A stretch of 61,674 nucleotides of DNA, the filler included, from Dugesia japonica (taxonomy: Eukaryota): NCBI GenBank assembly GCA_001938525.1. It is 6 parts of 6 records of this genome, joined end to end, with 100 filler letters (N's around TTAATTAATTAA, not from the genome) between each part and the next. Parts side by side here need not be neighbours in the genome. Positions count along the whole stretch, not along the records: positions 19,561 to 29,284 come from MQRL01559671.1; positions 29,385 to 42,312 come from MQRL01637870.1; 4 more parts are not named here. One strand, 5' to 3'. The notes beneath the pieces are model-generated. The model saw only the letters and a list, made by a program, of their open reading frames with translations. It had not been told where the DNA came from and did no database searches. The position numbers were made by a program, and so were the translations under genes. Shown piece by piece: positions 26,849 through 39,329 of the stretch (positions are counted from its first letter, which is position 1; every line of letters starts with the position of its first letter).

Positions 26849-27499
26849 GTAAATAATGAATTTCTTTATAATTTTTTAAATTCAAATTTAAAATCAAAAT
26901 ATTAATAACAATTACAAATAGTTTTTCTTTCTATTTAATTAATTTATAATATTATTAATAATAATAATAATAATTCATTTGCTAAATATTCGAAGGTCAA
27001 CTATTGCAACTATTTAATATTTACAGTCGTAATAAACAAATGATATGAGCGTTCAAATCTCACTTTTTGCATATAAATATGCTTAATTGACAAAGCTGAT
27101 GTAGAATTGATGGTTTAATTAATAATTGTGCTGCGGATATTTATTGTCTGTTTATCGAATTATTATGAAAATCATTAAGTAACTATGAAATTTCTCGCTT
27201 AATTTTTTTCGTAATGCATTTTTAATATTAATTATTTCAAAATTTAGAGAAGCCGAAATTTTCAAATTTTTGCTAAATAATTAGATTTTTTGATTGTTAT
27301 TTTTATTAAAAATCGACGAAAAAACGAGCTGAGACTCAATTAGTTATTCGAATTTGATATTTATAATATAATATACGGACAAAACATTCTACTTAGCAAA
27401 CCTCCTGTTATTATTGGAGAGAAATAACGTTTCAATCGATTTTATTAAACCTTGCAGTTAATTAATAAATCGGAACACAATAAAAACATATCTCGTAAC

Positions 27500-28720
27500 T
27501 GGAATGAGATCTATTTTTCGACGTCTTAATAATTATGGAAGCGTTTCACTACATAGTTCGTTCTGAACAAGAAGTAAAATGTCCCATTCGAGCATTTTCA
27601 TCGTTTTGGCTTCAATCACATCAATTCAGTTGCAATAATTGATGTTCCCAACGTTTACCGCTGACTGTTTCAAATATCTTAGAATAAATCACTCTTTTGG
27701 TCTCGCCAGTGCATAACGAAGCTTTCTTTACATGAAAATCTTATTTGACAATTGAAGTTACTCGTTGCTCTGAATAACTGACGATTATTTGCGTTGTTCG
27801 TTTGTCTGAATAAATCAATTTTTCGTTGTTTGTAACTGTGCAAAGCAGAAACGACTTTATTCGCAATCTTTCCATTAAATTTTCCGTTTTTCCATCATTC
27901 AATTCGTTTTCCTTCGACTTTGTCTTTTCCATATGCTCTAAACAATCACATNNNNNNNNNNNNNNNNNNNNNNNNNNNNNNNNNNNNTATCTTCAATCAA
28001 TTTGGCTTATGATTCTGCCTGGGCGTTCTTTATATTTTCTATCAAATTCGCCATTTCTGAATCGATTTAACCACCGTTCGCGAGTATTTTGGAATCAGGG
28101 ATGCCAAATGTCCCACAAGTTAAAAAAAAACTGATTTTAAATGTAAAATAACAAAATTACCTCACAAAATTGATTAATTTCTAACTGGATAAGATGAATT
28201 GCTCCACAATAATCACGAGAAGTTTTCAGCATTTACCAGAATCTTTAGAATCAATCAAGGAATTTCAAGCGAGAGTGTTTACGTAGTAATTTATTTGCAC
28301 ATCTCTGTTATTCTGCATGCGTCATATACGTCGAACGCACTACAAATAAACCAATAAATAGCTAATGGTGTATCATTCTGATCGTTTTGGAATCAATCAC
28401 ATCAATTCATTTGCAATAATTGTTTCTTATAACGATTGATTCGCCAGGTTTACATATATATCGTCGAATAACTCACTTTTCTGCTCTCACCAAATGCATA
28501 ACAAAGCTTTCCTTGCATAAAAATTGCGCCGACAATTTTCTGCGTTTCTCGTTTGTCATAAAAAATCCATTTTTCGTCGTTTGTAACTATACAATGCAAA
28601 GACGACTTTCTTCGCTGTCTTTCCGTTAAATTTTCCGTTTTTCCATCATTCATTTCAAAGATTTGTGTCTTTCCAATATGATCGCGACCAATGTTTCGCA
28701 AACTGGGCGATCAAAACCTA
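27500..28720 (-). mobile_element. Two related mariner fragments in the second Rac intron
   Basis: KSFLLCTVTNNEKLIYSD and KSSLHCIVTNDEKWIFYD (FLHRIVTGDEKWIYYD); about 27590-27940 and 28370-28680 align with each other. Confidence 0.75.
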
Positions 28721-29284
28721 TGAAAGGCTAGTTTTTATAACTTGTCTGTCTCATGAAAGCAGGACATCTGAGAGCATAATTATAACTAATCAACATAAAT
28801 CTTCTACTTTTCTTTCGTTCACAGTGTTACCTCATAGTAATGATTATCTCTGCCTGTTCTCACTTTTTTCATTCTTATTATTTATCAGCGTGTGTTTATT
28901 TCAACAGTAACATTACATTTCCACGTATCACTAAGTATGGGCAGCAGAAATTATCGAATTTGTACCGGTGACAGTCATATGTAACTGCTTAATTAGTTAA
29001 TAAAGATATACATTTTATTATGCAACGGAAATTGAAAAAAATGTTTGATTCTCATCGTTTTCTTTTCGTTTTAATTCGATTTTCACAAGGCACCCTAGAA
29101 TATCTTAATACTCGCGGAAATATTCAAGGTAAATTGAATATTGATTTGATCATCATTTTCACAAACAACGACAAATTGATAAAAATCTATCTACATTATT
29201 TTTCCTTTTATTATTTATTATTTATGAGATCTGAAATTTCTTTGATGTAAATTATAAACATGCGAAGATTATTCCCTACGAAGA

Positions 29285-29384
29285 NNNNNNNNNNNNNNNN
29301 NNNNNNNNNNNNNNNNNNNNNNNNNNNNTTAATTAATTAANNNNNNNNNNNNNNNNNNNNNNNNNNNNNNNNNNNNNNNNNNNN
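29285..29384. other. Artificial scaffold linker
   Basis: 44 N + TTAATTAATTAA (29329-29340) + 44 N. Confidence 0.97.
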
Positions 29385-29423
<39 letters not shown>

Positions 29424-30429
29424 CTGTTACTAAAGTAGATAGACATTGGGGGATGCTATTAACTTCCTTAAGATTTTTTAAGAATAAGCAGCTGAGAAAT
29501 TGATTGGCCGAAAAATGTGTGCGCATTTTTAAAATATTTTATTGGCGCAAATTTGTTAAACTCAAGTAGCCCATAATTCTTTTGGTCGAAAATTTGATTA
29601 TGCATTTTGGAGGAGGTAATATAATGGTATAAACTGAAAACAAAATTGTTATTGAAACAATGTATGAGAAAATGTTTCAGGGTCAACCAAGAACGGATCC
29701 ACAGGAGAGCGATGGGGGCAATCTCCTCCATAACTGGATTTTGAAAAAGATATAAAATTATAAGGAGTACTCACGAGAATATAAGGATAGTAGTATGAGA
29801 AAGTAAAGATGAAATAATTAAAAACAATTCTGTATCAAAAAGTCGCAATGAAAAACATAAAATTATTGTAGAATAAAAATAAAGTATATAGATAGTGGGG
29901 CACTAAACTACATACCCAGATTACAAAGTGGTTTAGAAATTCGGTTTGAAATTTCGGTTTAGTAATTTAGAATATATATATAATGTAGAAATTTTAAATA
30001 CTAAAAATGATAAATTAAATAAATTTTATTAAAAAAATTAACCTCATATAGAAATTGTACTTGTTTGTTTTTTATTGTTATTTTCATATATTTCCTCGGA
30101 ATGTGTTTTGGTGATTTTCTTCTAGAGTTATTCTTACTCAGCATAAAATTCTCTATTGAATAAATGGGTTGATGATAAAATTAGAAATACTATTTATTTT
30201 TTGAAAAATCTATGGAATATTGAGAAAATCAAAAATACCCCCATTAAATTCTTGGTATAAAAGCATTTAAAATATGAGCATCAAAATTATTTTTGAAAAC
30301 CTTGAACTGTTAACTCAGATTACAATGACAATTTGAATTATTTGTAAAAAATTTGGTTTATTGTGAAAGTTGCTTTTTTGGTAATTATTCACTTTTTTAA
30401 AATTTTAAAATTTTTCAAATTAGAATTTA

Positions 30430-31670
30430 TGTTAATGGGTTTTATACACACTAAAACGCATCTTTTATACAGGAAACAAATGGGTCATATACATAAAAAG
30501 CTAATATGTATTATACACACTATAAACCCTATGTGTCTTATACACACTATAAACCTGATTGACCTAATACACGATAAAAATTGGGTTTTATACACGGAAA
30601 ACTAATTGAATTTTATACACAAATAGAACCAATGATTATCATTCACACAAAAAACACAATGGGTCCTATACATAGAAAACCAATATGATTTTATATATGG
30701 AATAATCCCAATAGGGCACAATACACACTATAAACCAAATATAATTATTATAAAGCCCAATGGGTCTTATACACATTATAAGCCCAATGGATATTTATAC
30801 TAAGGTAATTCAATGGGTTTTGTGATTTTTATAAGAAAACCAATTGAATTTATACACATAGAGTATTATATATACCATAAACACAATGAGACTTATATAT
30901 AGAAAACCAATGGATCTGATACACACGTTAATCCAATAAAGTTATATAATATACACGATAAACCAAATTGACTCATATATGTATAGATGAAACCAATGAA
31001 TATTATTCATAAACACACAATACAACCAATTAATTCATTAAATACACGCAAATAACCTAATAGAGTCAGCAAATACATTCAATAAACCATAAATTGCGCA
31101 CAAGTAATCCAATAGGGTAACAAAATATAAACTATAAATACAATAGAAAGATATAATACATAAAAATTGTGCTATAAAATTATATAATACACATATTAAC
31201 TCATATAGAGTCAAATAATACAAATAATTAAACCCAATAAAGTAATTACATACATACAATAAACCTAGTAGAGTTATATAATACACATAATAAACCTAAT
31301 ATGGTAATGTAATACATACAGTCAATCTAATAGGTTCTTATAACACAAGCGATTAGCTCTTTAAAGTCAAATTATGCATTTACTATACCCAATAAAGGTA
31401 TATATTGCATCCATGAAATTTGATGATGATATACAACACACTCACGAAAGTCAATAAAGCCACCTAATTACACACAATAAACTTAATAGAGTCGTATAAT
31501 ACACATTAAAATTATCTAATCTGTCTTATAAACATACGAAATACATTCAATAAAGTCATATAATAAGCCTAATAATAACATTAAATACATACAAAAACCT
31601 CAATAAAACCATTAAAATACACGCACAATAAATCCAACAGTGTCTTATAATATACATTAAACCTTATAGT
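30430..31670. repeat. Degenerate minisatellite array, unit about 27-30 bp (AAACCAATGGGTCTTATACACACTAT-like)
   Basis: Dozens of diverged atacac...aaaccaat units. Confidence 0.85.
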
Positions 31671-31880
31671 TATTAAATATATAGATGTTGACAAATGTTT
31701 TCAAAAATGACATAGAAGTCTCTGGAAATATAAGAAAGCACTTTTATGTGTTCATTTTAATTAGATTTGGCATGTGCAACACGAATGCGACATAAATATT
31801 GTTAGATGCGTTTGAAGTACTCACCGGATCATAAAAAACATTAATAATCGAATATCATATAATAAATTCACAATATATAT

Positions 31881-32941
31881 TTAGTATTGAACATTCAAAT
31901 GCTTACAGAATATAACTAAACGTTTTATCTATTAAAAGCGGTTTTAAAAAATTGAAAATAATTATTTTGAAATATTTTACCTTGGCTTTATACAAATTCA
32001 TTATAGATTCATTGATCTGATTTTGATTATCTTCAGACAGTAAAAAGTCAGTATAATATTTTTTTACTTTCTTTGTTTGGTCACCAAATTTGATCTTACT
32101 AATTATTTTCTAGAATACTTGTTTATAAAATAAATACTTGCTAATAAAATTGCTTTAATATTATCATAGTGAAGTAATTTTAATTGATCTTGAGATATTT
32201 TACAATCCATATTAAAATCCAATACGATTTGGGTTGGATCATGGTTCTTAATTTTTAACATTCTTTTATTGATTGGATCAATACATGAATTCTTTATATG
32301 ATTTTCTATTAATATAATTATGTTCTTTTTAATGTTTTCTTCCATTTGAAAAATCATTAGCGAAGCATTTTCCTTTTTACATTTTCCATCATGTTTATCA
32401 ATTATTTCAAGTATTTTCTTAAATATTGTATTTTTTTGAATATTTTCTTCACTTTTTTCAATGCATCGTCTAACATAATTCAAAAACTTTGAATATTCCA
32501 CGTCAGAATCATTTATTTCAACTTTCATTTTATCAACAGTTTCTAAAATTGTTATTCTGAAAATAAAATAATGAATGTTTGTTTGGATAAATTTTAATTT
32601 AATATAATTAATTTAATAATTATACTTTTTCTTTTGTTCCTGCCACACAAATTCACCCACACATTTACTATATTTATTTAATTCATCTAATAATATTGAT
32701 TGGACATTTAAAAATCTCGTAAAAGCTACATTTTTATGAACCTAAGTGTTGTGGTTCATAATAAAAGAACTATTATTTTTTTTACCAATATATCTGCTTT
32801 CAGTCGAGAAAAGTCTTCAAATTGATTCGGGTTCAAAGCTGAAATAAAATATAATGGGTCGGTATTTACTCCAAGACTTCTAAAATATTTTTCTCCAAAT
32901 AATCCTTTGAAATCAGTTCTCAATTTAGTTTTTTTTTCATC
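31881..32941 (-). CDS. Unidentified multi-exon host gene, 3' part: exons 32941-32786, 32741-32626, 32556-32142, 32109-31981, 31928-31881
   Basis: GT-AG introns 32742-32785, 32557-32625 and 31929-31980 splice in phase into and after ORF 32103-32528; the last two exons require a GC-AG intron at 32110-32141. 5' part unresolved. Confidence 0.6.
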
Positions 32942-32989
32942 CTAAAATAATAAAAATCGTGATAAAATTGATACATTTTTAAAGATTTT

Positions 32990-35900
32990 AGTAGATAGAT
33001 ATGAGTAGATAGATATGATAGATAAATTATTAAGTCCAAAACCATTAATTTCATTATTATCAAGACTAAACCCTAAAAAGGAATATAAATTTAGGTGTGT
33101 ATACATATATGAATTTGATTGGGTAATGGAAGTTTAAAATAATTGAATAAATCTTTATAAAAATAGCTTTAATTTTAATACTCATCTCATTAAAATGGAA
33201 ACCACCATACATTCATTAAACCTATACATTCGATTCATTTACGTATTTGACTTAAATATTGTATTCAATGCTGTCATTTATCTTAATCTACTCGTTCAAG
33301 TTAAGCCATACAGTCGCCGTATCCATTAAATATGCTTGATTTGTCCCATTAGACATGGATCAATAAGCAAAAGTCACTATTTTCATTAAAATAAACACTA
33401 AGCTGATTATAATATTTACTGATGGTTAACATTATTTTAAAGTCATAATCAATTTCATCTTACAACTAATGATACAGGTAATCAAATTATATAGTTATTT
33501 AAAACTTTTTCAAGGTAAATACCGTAAATTAGTCCAATAATCAATGAACACAGCAAAGTTTGTATGTGCCTGTATATGCGAAGTTAATGGATAGAGTAAG
33601 CAAATAAGTACAGTAACCTAATATGATGGAGTGAAACCAATGGAATACTGTAAAATCAATGAATATAGTAAGCATGTTAGTACAGTAAGCTAATGTGATA
33701 AAGTAAACCCCAAGTATTACGGTAAACTAATGTGTAGCAGTGAAACTGATGGTCCTAGTAAAGTCCATGTGCTACAGATAAAACCAGTGTAATATAGTAG
33801 GTCAATGAATATCACACATAGTACCTGATCGAATCCAATCGTTCAAGTAAATTATTTGAATTATTACTAATTTATCAATTGAACATACATCAATTTCAAT
33901 CCTTTATACACTGATTTCATTAGACCATGAATATATTGTTGTCGCCTAAAAGCAAATTGTTACCACTTGTGTATTAATTACGACCATCGATGTGTAATCT
34001 ACTGACATCTATCCACAAATCATGGTCACCTATGAGCAAATTATCACGGCCCCATGTGTAAAATATCAAACTATGTACAAAAGATCGAATGTTATGACTA
34101 AATTATAACCAATATGAATAGATTATAGTCACATGTAAGCAAATTGTAACCATCTATTGTACATTAAAACATTAGTTTGAACTTTTTCAAGTCTACAGTT
34201 TATTTGAATAACTTTATTTTATAAAATTTCTATAGATATACACAAAATATATACTAAGTCTATAAGAAATTCCATTAAAATTTATGGACTCCTTAATTAA
34301 AATAAATTAACTTTATAAAGATTTATTAAATTTCCATTAAGCTCAGTAAAGTTAATTAAATTAAATTAACTTTACTAAATTTCATCGAATATTATATGTT
34401 TAATAGACTTATAGTATTCATTAAATGTACTATATTGTCTTTGTTTCGTAGAGTTCATCCGTTTTATTTAAACAGTAGACCAATGGATATAGTAAAATCA
34501 TAGAATGCAATGCAATAGTATAGACAAATTTATTAAATTTCCATTAATTTCATTAATTTATAAATTTTACAGAGTTTAGCAAGGGGTATAGAAAAACCAG
34601 TAAATATAGCAAACAAGTGGATAAAGTAAGCAAACGGGTATAGAAAACCGATTTAATACAGTAAAACCCATGACTTTCAGTAAATCAATAGAAAAAGTAA
34701 GCCAATGTGACACAGTACGCCCATGTATTTCAATAAAGCTAATGCGTCACAGTAACGCTAATGTATTTCAATAAAGTCAATGGATACAGTAAAACCCATG
34801 TGTTTCAATGAAGCCAATGTGACACAGTAAGCCCATGTATTTTAATAATGCTAACGTGACACAGTAAAACCCTTGTATTTCAGTAAACCTGTGTGACACT
34901 GTAAAGCCTACATGCTACAGTAAAGCCAATGGACATAGTAAATCAATGTGTTTCAAAAAAACCATTGTAACACATTAAAGCCCACGTGTTACGGAAAAAA
35001 CCAAAGTGAAATAGTAAGCCTATGTGATAAAGTAAACAAATAGTTTTAGTAAGCAAATGAATACAGTAAGTTAGTAGATATAGTAAAGTAGTGGACATTG
35101 TAAATCAATGAACACCAATTAACACCATTCATAGATAGTATTTTGACATAGTATATGCTGAAATCATTCAATTTAAGTAAATTATTTAATTTATTACAAT
35201 AATTTAATTTAATTTTAGTCTATAAATCTAATCTAACTTAATTATGTTTAGAAAATATGTACTATTAAGAAAAACTATTTGAAATATAATAAGTCTTTAA
35301 ATTTATGTTTTTATTTTGCAAATTTATAAATTTTTGAAAATTAAAATTTTACACGTGTTACCATAGCAGTATTTTAATGGTTTTAATTTTTTATCAATGT
35401 AATATTATTATTTTCAGTTTTTACAGTTTTTCAATGTAAATAGTTTGTAAAACGTTTAACGTTTATTTTCAAAAGTAAATCAAAATTTTTATTATAAAAT
35501 CTTTAAGATTCGACATTTACTCGACAAATCATGAATTTCAAATAAAAATCTAAACTTTGAAATTTAATAACAATAAATTAAAATTAACACTTGAAATAAT
35601 ATTATTAGAATGAAGCATTTTTATACAGTAAACCCTATATAAAAAATGTTCAGTTTTTTAATCTGAGTTTTACGGTCTCAAAATACTTTAAAAATTAATA
35701 TTATTTTAATTATAATTTAGAATTAATTATATAATTAAATATTATTTTGAGAAGCAAGCATATTTGTACAATACGCCCTATGAGAAATATGTTTAGTTTT
35801 TAATTCTGAGTTTAGCAATGCCAAATTTGTTTGATTATTCTAAGTATTTTCCTGAAAAGATAATTTTCTATCCAAGGTGGGACATGCATATTACTCGGTC

Positions 35901-36686
35901 ATTTTCTATCGTAGGAATCAAGCATATTTTTACAGCAAACCCCACACAAAATATGTTCAGAATTCTATTTTGAATTGAATGCTATCATTTAAATATCTAT
36001 ACGATAAGTATCGGTTGAGAAGTTCATGGATCAATGTCTACAGTGCCAGTGCGCTCATACCTTTTTCCTGGAAACTAAAAATATTCATATAGCAAATCAT
36101 ATAAAAAATATGTTCAGATTTTAATTCTGAATTTAAAAATATCCATTTTGTTATTTTATCATAAGTATTTCTCGAAAAAATAATTTTTCATCTTCAGTGA
36201 GACATGGCACCTGGGTATTTTTATCTTTTGAACTAAAAATAGTTTATCAACAAACCCTGCACAAAACTTGTTTGGAATTTTATTCTGAATTGAATGCTAT
36301 TATTTTCATTGCAACACAATAAGTATTGATTGAGTAATTCATAAAACAAGGTCAACAGTGCCAGTGCGCTCATATCTTTTCTCAGAGAACCAAGCATATT
36401 CATATAGCAAACCCTATATGAAAAATGTTAACCTTTCAATTCTAAGACGATCAATACTAAATTCGAAATAACACAATAAAATTAGACCGAAAAATTTGGT
36501 TTCAAAAATTCGAATTTTCGACCTTCCTGAGCAAAATCTCGACCGTTCCAACCCGAATTCAAATTTTTTTTCATATATTCAGAACGTCATCATTTATTCA
36601 GAACATCAAAACAACCCAAACAGTCGACGGCGGGGTGGATAGGGGGCGAGGGAGGTTCTATGCCAGTGCGCTCATATCAATCTATT
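32990..36686. mobile_element. Non-coding AGTAGATA-terminated element, copy B, both ends present (about 3.7 kb)
   Basis: Left AGTAGATAGATATGAG; right CTCATATCAATCTATT (14/16 inverted match). Interior: roughly 20-bp minisatellites and about 310-bp tandem units; no ORF in the track. Confidence 0.7.
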
Positions 36687-37133
36687 GAACTTGTTACGTA
36701 GAATGCTATATCAATATTAATAAAATATAAGATTGTTCTCAATTAAATAAAAATAGAAGCCAATTTTTTACTAAAATAGCAAAAATTTTATACACTAGTC
36801 TATTATGCGATAAACAAACAAAATTGTGTGGTAATTTAACTTAAATTTCTTTTATCTGACTAAAGAAATCATTCAATTAATTAAACATAATTGAGAGAAA
36901 AATAAATCAGATTGTAGATTTGTAGCAGAACTTCTTCAGAAACAAAATCAATTAAAATAGTAAAAAATAAATACAATGTGATATTTGTAAGTCATTAAAT
37001 TTAGAAGCTATACGTAGTTTAATTAAAATTGATCATAATTAACATAATATGTTTTACAAAAAGCATTATTTATGGTCCTTCGGAAGATTGCTATTGATTC
37101 CTTTTTTCATTTCCTTATTTAAACTTTATTAAT

Positions 37134-37802
37134 AGTGAGAGAGATAAATGCATACGTACCAGAACAGTTGCAAATATTTTCTATGACTTCTACGAAATTT
37201 CATAAACTTTTTATCGACTTCTATGCAATTTTAAAATTATTAGGTTGTAAACTAAGTTTTTGCAGTAAGACAAGAAATATTTAATATATTCTATTTATAT
37301 ATTTGTAAGTAATATANNNNNNNNNNNNNNNNNNNNNNNNNNNNNNNNNNNNNNNNNNNTAATAATATATATATGTAATCTATAAAAAAAATTAAAAATC
37401 AGTACAAGTTTATTATATTACAATATAATACAAATGATATCATTGTAAACAAAACATCCCGGAACCTTAATCGAAATATGCACCATCAAAACCAATGACT
37501 TTCTGCTATTTTTCCGGCAACAAATCTATCCTATTGCAATTTCCATGTGACTGCATACTTTCCCATTGTTTAACACTGGATTTTGAAGACTTTATCGACT
37601 TCTATGCATTTTATAATTATTGATTTCGTTTCAATTTTTTAAAAATATCTTTTAACTTCTATGTATTTTCATAAAATAATTATTGATTTCTTTTCAATTT
37701 TATAAAAATATTTAGTGACGTCTATACAATTTCTAAATATTTTGTGATATTTCTTTGTAAAAAAAATTTGCAACTCTTCTGGTACGTATGTATTTATCTA
37801 CT
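37134..37802. mobile_element. MITE-sized element with about 40-bp TIRs and an AGTAGATA-type end
   Basis: Left ...AGATAAATGCATACGTACCAGAACAGTTGCAAAT; right ATTTGCAACTCTTCTGGTACGTATGTATTTATCTACT; internal GACTTCTATGCAATTTT repeats; mariner-like fragment nested from about 37238. Confidence 0.8.
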
Positions 37803-38117
37803 AATAAGTTTTCTGCCCTCTCAACCATGCATCTTTATCTTTTATAACATTATTGGTTACATAAACACTTAGTAAATACAACTTATTATTTAGGATATAC
37901 TATATATTCTATCTATATATTTTATCTATTTTCTTTTTTCATGTAACCTATATTTAAATTTTTAAAACGTGCGATAATCACCGTACATACTTCATAATGT
38001 AAAAAACAATAGGTGTCAATTTCCATAGCTTAATATAAACAATGAATATTGTGGAAGTTCACCTATATAAACCACATATGAACAATCATATAAACAACAA
38101 TATTGCATGGGAAGCTA

Positions 38118-38680
38118 AGTAGATAAACTGTGACGCATGAACCGATCCTCTCCCCCTGTCGCTTAACATGGAATGAAATTTGACCTTGGCTCCAATTTAT
38201 TGACTTCACCTTTGGCCTATGAAAAAATAAGACCGAGCTTGACGGGCTTGACCTTTGACCTAATGCGTATATCTCAAATTGTTTTAATTTAATAAACCAA
38301 AATGAATGAAAATAAACTAGGCTGAACTTTGACCTGGTGCTGAAATTTATTTGTTTGTACTTTTAAGTGATTCTGAATTATTGTTACTATTTATAAGTAG
38401 CCCAGTATACTCGATTGTGATTGGTTCAGAGCTTGTTACTATTTCTAAGTGGTATCGTATAATTTATTGACATAGGTTAATTTATGCGCGCGATCTTTTA
38501 TTCAAACCATATAATTAATTTGAATATTTTGTTTAAATAAATCAGGTTTATTAAAATATACTGGTCTTACCTTTGACCAAGTGCCGAAACTTACTAGTTT
38601 TTACTTTTTTGGAGTTGCCAAATTAAAATTACTATTTATAAGTGTCCCATTATATTTAATTGTAATTGATTAAAATATGT
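38118..38680 (+). repeat. AGTAGATA-starting repeat rich in TTTGACC motifs; related in reverse to about 21180-21310
   Basis: AGTAGATAAACTG...CCCCCTGTCG...TGACCTTTGACC...TAGGCTGAACTTTGAC; 21180-21310 has GTCAAAGTTCAGCCTA and CGACAGGGGG. Confidence 0.55.
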
Positions 38681-38782
38681 GAGTAATAATCAAGCGTAAT
38701 AGTGAAAGGCTATTAAGAATTAAATAATTTAAGCTTTTCCCGCCCAAAATTTTGATAGGATAAATAGAAAATAACATAAAAA

Positions 38783-38979
38783 ATTAAGGAACATTTGAAA
38801 CAAAACGAAAGTAAAGTCCTCAAGCACTTTCAACACAAATATACAATTTAACGAGGAACAACATCACCCAACATAGAAAACACTAGTAACAGGCTACATT
38901 TCTACACTTCATATAAAAGCATGAAGAAATACTAATTAAAAAAGACAATCCTAAAATCTATGTAATTTATAATAATTAA
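38783..38979 (+). pseudogene. Second Penelope-like GIY-YIG 3' fragment
   Basis: IKEHLKQNESKVLKHFQHK...TGYISTLH...EILIKKDNPKIYVIYNN*; aligns with 688-894. Confidence 0.8.
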
Positions 38980-39329
38980 ACTTTTAAAAGAAATTAACCA
39001 ATTAACCAATTAAAATTTAGTAAAAATAAATTATTTCAAAAAAAAAATACTGTAGTAAAACTAAATATTGAATAAATCAAAAAAGTCAATTTCTGACAAA
39101 GGCAGAGTCGAAAATTAGAATTATTATCAAAATAAAAAAATAAATTTTGATTGAAGGATTTATTTATTTTAATGAATTCATTAAGAATTTAGATCAAAAA
39201 ACAATATTTTAATTGAATAAACAATATAATTTAATTGTATGTTTCCATTTTATCAATTGTGTTTTTACTTTATATTTCAATATTGTAAATTGGAATTGCG
39301 CTTGTTTATTATTACAAATAGCAATATTT

